From positions 64,001 through 128,000 of the forward strand of contig JBFMHR010000003.1 in NCBI GenBank assembly GCA_040751795.1: a stretch of DNA of 64,000 bases, in the 5' to 3' direction. Source of the DNA: Thermoplasmatota archaeon. Its GTDB lineage: Archaea; Thermoplasmatota; Thermoplasmata; UBA10834. Of the stretch, positions 56,942-64,000 are shown piece after piece. Each line of letters opens with the position of its first letter. Within the stretch, counting starts at the first letter, position 1. The translations under genes were made by a program, and so were the position numbers. A model generated the notes under the pieces. It did no database searches. It was not told where the DNA came from and saw only the letters and a list, made by a program, of their open reading frames with translations.

Positions 56942-58321
56942 TCACTTCTTCCTGTTCATCGGGTGGTACTTCTCGATGAACTTCCTGTCGATCTTGGTCA
57001 GCGAGTCCACGGGCAGGTGGGACAGCAGCTCCCAGCCCAGGTCCAGCGTCTGCTCTATGGTCCTGTCCTCGTCCTTGCTCTGCCTGACGAACCTGTCCTC
57101 GAACGCGGCGGCGAAGTCGAGGAACTTGCGGTCCCTGTCGGAGAGGGCCTCCTTGCCCACGATCGCCACCAGGCCCCTGAAGTCCCTGCCCTCGGCGTAG
57201 GCCGCGTAGAGCTGGTCGGACACGGCCCTGTGGTCCTCCCTGGTCCGGCCCGGACCGATGCCCTGGCCCATGAGCCTGGAGAGGGACCGCTCGACCGCGA
57301 TGGGCGGGTAGATACCCTGCCTGTGCAGGTCCCTGGACGCCACGATCTGCCCCTCGGTGATGTACCCCGTGAGGTCGGGGATCGGGTGGGTTATGTCGTC
57401 GCCCGGCATCGACAGGATGGGGAACTGCGTGATGGACCCCTTCTTGTCCTTGATCCTGCCCGCGCGCTCGTAGAGGCTCGCGAGGTCGGTGTACATGTAC
57501 CCCGGGTAGCCGCGCCTCGCCGGCACCTCCTCCCTCGCCGCGCCGATCTGCCTCAGCGCCTCGCAGTAGTTGGTGAGGTCGGTGAGGATGACGAGCACGT
57601 GCATCCCCAGGTCGAAGGCCAGGTATTCGGCGGTGGTCAGGGCGAGCCTCGGGGTCAGCAGCCTCTCGATCGCCGGGTCGTCGGCGAGGTTGAGGAACAC
57701 GACCGCCTTCTTGAGCGCGCCCGTGCGCTCGAAGTCCTTCATGAAGTACTGGGCCTCCTCGCTCGTGATGCCCATGGCGGCGAACACCACGGCGAACTCC
57801 TCCTTCTCGCCGAGCACCTTCGCCTGCCTCGCGATCTGCAGCGCGATGTCGTTGTGCGGCAGGCCGGAGCCGGAGAAGATCGGGAGCTTCTGCCCCCTGA
57901 CCAGGGTGTTCATGCCGTCGATGGACGAGATGCCCGTCTGGATGAACTCCTGCGGGTTGTCCCTGGCGAAGGGGTTGATGGCCGCCCCGATGATCTCCAA
58001 CCTCTTCTCGGGTATTATCGGCGGGCCCTTGTCGAGCGGGTCGCCGGAGCCAGTGAGTATCCTGCCCAGCATGTCCTTCGAGACGGGCATCTTCACCGTC
58101 TCGCCCAGGAACTTCACTCCCGACGCCCTGTCGATCCCGCCCGTTCCCTCGAACACCTGGACGACGACGACGTCGTCGGATGTGTCCAGGACCTGGCCCC
58201 TCTTGACGGAGCCGTCCGGGAGCGCTATCGACACGAGCTCGTTGTAGGCGATCGGTTCAGTCTTCTCGACGAAGACCAGCGGCCCGGCTATCTGGTTGAT
58301 CGTGTGGTACTCCTTGGCCAT
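56942..58321 (-). CDS. atpB: A-type ATP synthase subunit B
   Basis: [41 protein letters not shown]. Confidence 0.97.
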   Translation of the reverse strand: MAKEYHTINQIAGPLVFVEKTEPIAYNELVSIALPDGSVKRGQVLDTSDDVVVVQVFEGTGGIDRASGVKFLGETVKMPVSKDMLGRILTGSGDPLDKGPPIIPEKRLEIIGAAINPFARDNPQEFIQTGISSIDGMNTLVRGQKLPIFSGSGLPHNDIALQIARQAKVLGEKEEFAVVFAAMGITSEEAQYFMKDFERTGALKKAVVFLNLADDPAIERLLTPRLALTTAEYLAFDLGMHVLVILTDLTNYCEALRQIGAAREEVPARRGYPGYMYTDLASLYERAGRIKDKKGSITQFPILSMPGDDITHPIPDLTGYITEGQIVASRDLHRQGIYPPIAVERSLSRLMGQGIGPGRTREDHRAVSDQLYAAYAEGRDFRGLVAIVGKEALSDRDRKFLDFAAAFEDRFVRQSKDEDRTIEQTLDLGWELLSHLPVDSLTKIDRKFIEKYHPMNRKK

Positions 58322-58324
58322 GTC

Positions 58325-60061
58325 TCACACCCCCAGCTCGGCGAACTGCCTGTCCATCTCGCCGATGATGGCCTTGAGGTCCCTGTCTATCGTCTCCTCG
58401 AACTTCAGCTTGCCCAGGTCGGCCCTGACCTTGAGCGAGGTGATCCTGTCGAGGGGCACCTCCAGGGAGATGGCCTTCTTCGAGAGGTCGGAGAAGTGCC
58501 TGATGGCGCTCATGTAGTCGTACTGCCTCTTCAGCGGGCTGTAGGTGTCGACCGCGTGGTAGGCGCTCTGCTGCAGGAAGAACTCGCGGATCATCCTGGC
58601 GACCTCCAAGGTGAGGCGCTGCTCCTCGGGGAGGGCGTCCGAGCCGACAAGCTGCACTATCTCCTGCAGCTCCGACTCCTTCTGGAGCGTCTCCATCGCC
58701 CAGAGCCTCAGCGGGCCCCAGTCCTCGGCCACGTTGCGCCTGTACCACTCCTCGAGGATCGGGCTGTACAGGCTGTACGACGTGAGCCAGTTGATGGCCG
58801 GGAAGTGCCTCCTCTCCCTGAGCTTCGAGTCGAGCGCCCAGAAGACCTTGACGATCCTGAGGGTGTTCTGCGTGACCGGCTCGCTGAAGTCGCCGCCGGA
58901 GGGGGAGACCGCGCCGATGACGGAAATGGACCCGGTGGGGCCGGCCAGCGTGTTGACCCTGCCGCACCTCTCGTAGAACTCGGAGAGCCTCGATGCGAGG
59001 TACGCCGGGTACCCCTCCTCGCCGGGCATCTCCTCCAGCCTGGAGGATATCTCCCTCATCGCCTCCGCCCACCTCGAGGTGGAGTCGGCCATGAGCGAGA
59101 CGTCGTAGCCCATGTCCCTGTAGTACTCGGCGACGGTGATGCCCGTGTACACGGACGCCTCCCTCGCGGCGACGGGCATGTTGGAGGTGTTGGCTATGAG
59201 CACGGTCCTGCCCATCAGCGGCTTGCCGCTCTTCGGGTCCTCGAGCTCCGGGAAGGTCGTCAGCACCTCGGTCATCTCGTTGCCGCGCTCCCCGCAGCCG
59301 ACGTAGACGACTATCTGGGCGTCGCTCCACTTGGAGAGCTGCTGCGAGGTGACGGTCTTGCCCGTCCCGAAGCCGCCCGGGATGGCCGCGGTCCCGCCCT
59401 TCGCGAGCGGGAAGAGCGTGTCGAGCACGCGCTGGCCCGTGACCAGCGGTATGTCGGGCAGGAGCTTCTCCGAGTACGGCCTCGGGGACCGCACCGGCCA
59501 GCTGTGCGCGAGCCTGATGGCGTGACCCGTGTCGAGCGAGCCAACGGGCTCCTCGACGGTGAACTCCCCCTCGGATATGGCGGCGACCTTGCCGTCGACG
59601 CCCGGCGGGAGCAGCACCCTGTGGACGATGTTGCCCTCGGGCACCTCGCCCACGACCATGCCGCCGTGGAGGTCGTCGCCCTTCTTCACGGTCGGCCTGA
59701 ACTTCCACTTCTTCGACCTGTCCAGGCCCGGGGCTGTGACACCCCTGGACACGAAGTCGCCCTGCTTCGCCATGAGCACCGGCAGCGGCCTCTGCACGCC
59801 GTCGTACACGCTGGAGAGCAGGCCCGGCCCGAGCTCGACCTGGAGGGGCGCCCCCGTGTCGACGACGGCCTCGCCCGGCCTTATGCCGGACGTGTCCTCG
59901 TAGACCTGGATGACGGTCTTGTCGCCCACGAGCTTGATCACCTCGCCCATCAGCTTGAGCTCGCCCACCAGCACCACGTCGTACATCCTGGGCGAGACGC
60001 CTTCGGCGGTGACCACCGGCCCCGCGACCCTGCTTATCCTTCCACTCTTCCCGCTAGCCAT
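58325..60061 (-). CDS. atpA: A-type ATP synthase subunit A
   Basis: [43 protein letters not shown] before ATG 60061; no intein. Confidence 0.97.
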   Translation of the reverse strand: MASGKSGRISRVAGPVVTAEGVSPRMYDVVLVGELKLMGEVIKLVGDKTVIQVYEDTSGIRPGEAVVDTGAPLQVELGPGLLSSVYDGVQRPLPVLMAKQGDFVSRGVTAPGLDRSKKWKFRPTVKKGDDLHGGMVVGEVPEGNIVHRVLLPPGVDGKVAAISEGEFTVEEPVGSLDTGHAIRLAHSWPVRSPRPYSEKLLPDIPLVTGQRVLDTLFPLAKGGTAAIPGGFGTGKTVTSQQLSKWSDAQIVVYVGCGERGNEMTEVLTTFPELEDPKSGKPLMGRTVLIANTSNMPVAAREASVYTGITVAEYYRDMGYDVSLMADSTSRWAEAMREISSRLEEMPGEEGYPAYLASRLSEFYERCGRVNTLAGPTGSISVIGAVSPSGGDFSEPVTQNTLRIVKVFWALDSKLRERRHFPAINWLTSYSLYSPILEEWYRRNVAEDWGPLRLWAMETLQKESELQEIVQLVGSDALPEEQRLTLEVARMIREFFLQQSAYHAVDTYSPLKRQYDYMSAIRHFSDLSKKAISLEVPLDRITSLKVRADLGKLKFEETIDRDLKAIIGEMDRQFAELGV

Positions 60062-60075
60062 TCGGAACGCCTCCG

Positions 60076-60375
60076 TCACTTGCTCTTGTAAAGGTCGATA
60101 CCCATCGCCCTTCTGACCTTGTCCCTGATGTCGCCCTCCTCCTCTCCGACGGGGATGACGACCGGCTCGACGCTGGCCATCAGCCTGTCGCGCAGCTGCT
60201 GGGGGAGCCTCTCGAGGTCCTTGGTGTGCACGGCGAGTATGCCGACCCCCTTCTCGTTGGCCAGCTGCACTATCGTCTCCTGCAGCTTCTCCGGGGGCAC
60301 CCCGTGGACCTTCTTTATCCCAGCGAGCCTGAAGCCGACGACGAAGTCCTCAGACCCTACGACTGCGATCTCCAT
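60076..60375 (-). CDS. atpF: A-type ATP synthase subunit F
   Basis: [25 protein letters not shown]. Confidence 0.93.
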   Translation of the reverse strand: MEIAVVGSEDFVVGFRLAGIKKVHGVPPEKLQETIVQLANEKGVGILAVHTKDLERLPQQLRDRLMASVEPVVIPVGEEEGDIRDKVRRAMGIDLYKSK

Positions 60376-61434
60376 TCACACCACCAGCAGCTCCTCTATT
60401 ACCTTCTTGGGCAGGCCGCTCTCCTTGCCCCTCGCTATGATCCTGATGTTGTCGACTTCCACCTTCTTGCGTATCATGTAGTTGACCACCGGCAGGACCG
60501 AGAGGGGGTAGAAGTTGGCGAACTTCTCGCTCGTCCCTATCAGCGCCTTGTCCAATGCGATGGTGAGCTCCGACAGCCTCCTGTCGGCCCTGTAGCGCTC
60601 GACCGCGGGCTTGACGTCCTCGAACAGGGAGGACTTCTCCAGCTCGGCCATGATGGCCTCCGTCCCCTCCCCCTGGGCCATCGCCCTGAGCTTGTCCATG
60701 TCGAACTCCAGCCCGCCCGGGATGAGGTATCTCTGGATCCTGTCCTCCGGTATGCGTTCGGACTTGAGCTTCAGCAGGACCTTGAGGTTCGTCACGTCGA
60801 CCTCGCGCCTCACGAAGTCCCTCAGGAGCCTCTCCGCGTTGTTGGTCGGCTCTATGACGTCCAGGAGGTCGTAGTAGAGCATCCTGTCCAGGTGGTCCTC
60901 GAGCGGGGCCAGCTTCCCGGCATCGACGACCTCCCTCTGCAGCTCGGGGGTGATCCTCAGCGCCGCCTGCCTCGCCAGCTCCTCCATGATCTCGTGCACC
61001 CCGTCCATCTCGACGAGGGACTTGAGGTACTCCTCGGAGAACGCGCCCGCAGGGACCAGGGTGTCGACTATCTCGTCCGGCCTGGCCTTGGTGATCCTGC
61101 CGCGGAGGACGGTCTTGACGTTGAAGGTGTCCCACCGCCTCAGGTAGTTACCCACCATCTCCCTCAGATGGCCGGTCGTGAAGCTGAGCACGTCCGAATA
61201 TGTGTCCGCGAGGTTCCTCGTCACCGCGACCTCGACGAGGTTCGCCCCGGAGTACCTCGACCCGTACACGGCCATCTCGTCCTTGTACTGGGTCTCGCCC
61301 AGGAAGCGGCCTATCTCGTGGACGTCCATCACCAGCATGCGGGAGTAGGTGTCCTTGGAGAGCAGGAAGCTCTTGCGCGCCTTGACGCGCGCGCACGCGT
61401 ACGCATAGTTCCCCCTCCCGCCGAAGAGACCCAT
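60376..61434 (-). CDS. atpC: A-type ATP synthase subunit C
   Basis: NYAYACARVKARKS, WDTFNVKTVLRG, EVDNIRIIARGK. Confidence 0.93.
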   Translation of the reverse strand: MGLFGGRGNYAYACARVKARKSFLLSKDTYSRMLVMDVHEIGRFLGETQYKDEMAVYGSRYSGANLVEVAVTRNLADTYSDVLSFTTGHLREMVGNYLRRWDTFNVKTVLRGRITKARPDEIVDTLVPAGAFSEEYLKSLVEMDGVHEIMEELARQAALRITPELQREVVDAGKLAPLEDHLDRMLYYDLLDVIEPTNNAERLLRDFVRREVDVTNLKVLLKLKSERIPEDRIQRYLIPGGLEFDMDKLRAMAQGEGTEAIMAELEKSSLFEDVKPAVERYRADRRLSELTIALDKALIGTSEKFANFYPLSVLPVVNYMIRKKVEVDNIRIIARGKESGLPKKVIEELLVV

Positions 61435-61442
61435 CTGTCACA

Positions 61443-62000
61443 TCACCCGAACAGCCCGGAGTATATCTCCTGTATCTTCCTGTTCCAGACGTCCTCGAGC
61501 ATGCTCTCGAACCGGTAGTCCAGCCTGACCGCGCGGTCCCCGCTCTCGAACACCAGCCCGCCCCGGCAGTCGATGACGCCGCCGTCAGTCATGCCGGGCG
61601 GGAGCTTCAGGAGGGTCTTGTCGGCGGAGTTGGAGTAGACGTAGCACTCGCCCAGCTCCTTCTTCGCCCTCCCCATGAGCCTCGCGTACATCGCGGCCCG
61701 CTTCTCGGCGGGGTACTGCGACATCTCGGCGAGCACCTGCGCCTTCAGCTCGTCCATCACCTGCCTCTGGGCGGACAGCAGGGCCTTCTTCGACTCCAGC
61801 TCGGCGCTCGAGAGCTCCTGCTGCTCCATCTGGGAGATGTGCGCGTCCGCCCGGGCCGACGCCTTCTGCCTGTGCTCCTCCATCTGGACGTCGGCCTGGG
61901 CGACGAACTCGTCCCGCTCGCGCTCGCCCTGGCGGATGATCTCCTGCCTCCGCTCCTCGCCTCTCCGCAGTATGTCCTCGACTACCTTCTCGAGACTCAC
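61443..62000 (-). CDS. atpE: A-type ATP synthase subunit E
   Basis: SLEKVVEDI coiled coil, GGLVFES...LDYRFE; GTG start 62000. Confidence 0.9.
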   Translation of the reverse strand: MSLEKVVEDILRRGEERRQEIIRQGERERDEFVAQADVQMEEHRQKASARADAHISQMEQQELSSAELESKKALLSAQRQVMDELKAQVLAEMSQYPAEKRAAMYARLMGRAKKELGECYVYSNSADKTLLKLPPGMTDGGVIDCRGGLVFESGDRAVRLDYRFESMLEDVWNRKIQEIYSGLFG

Positions 62001-62058
62001 GGTGCTCCAACCCCCTGAGGGTGCCCGGCCTCCCGGTTCCTGCTCCACGGTTCCTTCA

Positions 62059-62280
62059 TCATGCGTTCATTATCAGGAAGGCCACGACGAAGCCGAGGAT
62101 GACGATCGTCTCGGGCAGGACCATCATGATCATGCCCTTTCCGAACATCTTCGGGTTCTCCGCGGTCGCGCCGACCGCCGCCGCACCTACCTGTCCCTGC
62201 GCGACGCCGGTGCCCAGGCCCGCTACGCCTATCGCGATGCCTGCACCGATCATCGCCAGTCCCACTTGTGTCGGGTCCAT
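62059..62280 (-). CDS. atpK: A-type ATP synthase proteolipid subunit K/c (single hairpin)
   Basis: Two TM helices; GVAQGQVG and PETIVILG. Confidence 0.93.
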   Translation of the reverse strand: MDPTQVGLAMIGAGIAIGVAGLGTGVAQGQVGAAAVGATAENPKMFGKGMIMMVLPETIVILGFVVAFLIMNA

Positions 62281-62297
62281 TTCTCTCTACCTCCTTC

Positions 62298-64000
62298 TCA
62301 CTTCGTTGCGACTGAATGCTTCCTCAGGTACCTCAGCGGCGAGAACTCCTTCCCGCCGCCCTCGAAGAACTTGAGGAAGAACTCCACATAGTTGAGCCTG
62401 ATGGCCTGGATGCCCGCGGAGAGGGCCCCCAGGAAGAACACGAAGAACATCTGGGTGACGAACAGCGCGACGACGCCGACTACCGCGATGCCGATGTTGT
62501 GGCTCTCGAATATGAGCGGGAACAGCATCGTGTTGAACGCCAGGGCCATCGCGCCCTTGCCCACGGCGAGGGCGGCCAGCCTAGTGTAAGACACGAGGTT
62601 GGTGAACAGGCCGACGACCTCGGACAGGGCCATCGCGCCCTCGGTCAGCGGGAGGCCGATGACGCCGGCCAGGATGAACGCCAGGGCGGGTATCGACACC
62701 TTGATACCCGCTATGTCGGTCCCCGCGTCCGGCACCCACGCCAGCACCGTCCCGTTGACGAACTCGCTCGTCCAGGTCGCGGAGCCCGCGATGTACATGA
62801 TCTCGATGAACAGCCCCAGCAGTATCAGGAGCCATGCGACCTTGGCGAAGGCGTGCTTGCGGTTGTGGTGTATCTGGTTGACGAAGCCGAGCACGAAGCC
62901 CAGGGTCAGGTGCACCCAGCCCGCGAGCAGGGACAGCGCGAGCATCTCCTTGATGTCCGTCATCTTGTCCAGGACCGGGTGTATGGGGATGTCCGCGACG
63001 GACTCCCACGAGTGCTCGTCCGGGTGGGCCTCCGGCGGGTGGAACGGGACCCCGAAGGCCTCCGCGAACACCAGGAGCCCGAACAGGCTCGCCATGATCC
63101 CTCCGGCCAGGACGATCGTCCCGAGCTTCTGCAGGTCCGGGGACCCCTTCAGCTTGAGGCGCATCACCGCCCCGAGGGCGGCGAGCCCGAGGCCGAACCC
63201 CAGGTCGCCGATCATGAACCCGAAGAAGAGCGGGAACGTGAGGAAGAGGATTATCGTCGGGTCGACCTCCTCGTACTTGGGGGTCGACACCAGGTCGATG
63301 AAGAACTCGAACGGCTTGACGGGCTTGGGGTTCCTGAGGAGGACCGGCGGCTCGTCCCCCGCCTCCTTGGGGAGCGTCTCCACGAATGCCAGGCCGCAGC
63401 AGAGCGAGCTGAGCGAGTTCTGGAGCCCGTCGACCTTGGAGGTCGGGAGCCACCCGTCCATGACGAACGAGTTGGTCGTCGCGGCGATCCTCAGGGGCGT
63501 CTCGGCCTTCATGACCTCTATCGAGAGGTCCTCCTCCGAGGCGATGATCAGGTCGGCGAACTTCCTCCTGATGGCCTCGAGGTCCCCCTCGATCCGGACC
63601 AGGTCCTTCTCGAGCGCGGCGATGTCGGCCCTGTTCTTCGAGATGATGGCCGACGGGTCGCCGGCCGCCTTCGGGAGCTTCAGCTCCTGGAACCCGTGCT
63701 CGGTGAGTATCCTCGTGGCCTCGGGCCGGTCCGTGGCCATGCCGAACACCGCGACCGCGACGTCCCCCTTCCTCGGGTTCCTGAGCACATCGGCCCCGGG
63801 GAGCCTGGCTCGCAGCGCAGCCTCGGGGTCGGCCCTGCATGTCCCGACCATCGAGAATATCGTCTCGTACCCCTCGTAGTCCTCGACGGGGATGCCGAAG
63901 GGCGCGATCGGCTCGAGCGCCTTGATCTCCGACTCCTTGTCGCGGATGAGGGACTGGATCCTCTGCTTCGCCTCCGCCTTCTTCGATGTGTTGAGGTCGA
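62298..64000 (-). CDS. atpI: A-type ATP synthase subunit I/a (5' end outside window)
   Basis: PKYEEVDPT, FFGFMIGD.G.G, SYTRLAAL, IRLNYVEFF.KF.EGGG. Confidence 0.95.
   Translation of the reverse strand, partial: DLNTSKKAEAKQRIQSLIRDKESEIKALEPIAPFGIPVEDYEGYETIFSMVGTCRADPEAALRARLPGADVLRNPRKGDVAVAVFGMATDRPEATRILTEHGFQELKLPKAAGDPSAIISKNRADIAALEKDLVRIEGDLEAIRRKFADLIIASEEDLSIEVMKAETPLRIAATTNSFVMDGWLPTSKVDGLQNSLSSLCCGLAFVETLPKEAGDEPPVLLRNPKPVKPFEFFIDLVSTPKYEEVDPTIILFLTFPLFFGFMIGDLGFGLGLAALGAVMRLKLKGSPDLQKLGTIVLAGGIMASLFGLLVFAEAFGVPFHPPEAHPDEHSWESVADIPIHPVLDKMTDIKEMLALSLLAGWVHLTLGFVLGFVNQIHHNRKHAFAKVAWLLILLGLFIEIMYIAGSATWTSEFVNGTVLAWVPDAGTDIAGIKVSIPALAFILAGVIGLPLTEGAMALSEVVGLFTNLVSYTRLAALAVGKGAMALAFNTMLFPLIFESHNIGIAVVGVVALFVTQMFFVFFLGALSAGIQAIRLNYVEFFLKFFEGGGKEFSPLRYLRKHSVATK

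Noticed and set aside
38799-60061. Inteins in cdc48, DP1 or atpA
   Set aside because: Protein lengths are normal and the motifs are contiguous (e.g. GTGKTVT in AtpA).
1-64000. Many long alternative-frame and antisense ORFs in the track (e.g. 56672-60091 +, 11089-13902 -, 3158-5635 -, 6254-8281 +)
   Set aside because: Shadow ORFs caused by high GC at third codon positions; R/G/P-rich or antisense-pattern sequences overlapping well-supported genes.
1-64000. CRISPR array, IS element, rRNA or defence system
   Set aside because: No regularly spaced repeats, transposase or cas motifs, or rRNA-like segments seen; nearly all sequence is accounted for by CDS.

Overview
64 kb of high-GC archaeal chromosome. 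The gene set and AGG/ATA-rich codon usage point to Thermoplasmatota, although the lineage is inferred and not confirmed by a search. The window is gene-dense and mostly housekeeping: the 3' end of cdc6, gcvT plus two peptidases, asnS, rocD, antiporters, rtcA, guaAA/guaAB/purE, ahcY, pstSCAB-phoU, gar1-tfb, gap, endA, hsp20-cdc48, PolD DP1, acdA, most of the A1A0 ATP synthase operon, and one tRNA-Gly(CCC). I saw no CRISPR array, transposase, integrase or rRNA. Standouts: (1) an intact 1030-aa IleRS paralog in which both class I catalytic signatures are destroyed (HIGH->DMSD, KMSKS->AMGAG) while the editing, Zn and tRNA-binding motifs persist, probably a pseudo-synthetase with a new role; (2) a candidate signalling island at 42.7-50.3 kb, made of a 1150-aa pilin/FG-GAP adhesin with tandem operator-like repeats, a divergent wHTH-STAND protein lacking the Walker A lysine and any sensor domain, and a V4R-KaiC-DUF835 operon with a palindrome over its TATA box, flanked by cobO and a CYTH gene; (3) a bacterial-type class I GAPDH; (4) three small ORFs of 44-56 aa not called as genes in the ORF track, one of them coupled to atpD. 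All family assignments come from motif recognition by eye.
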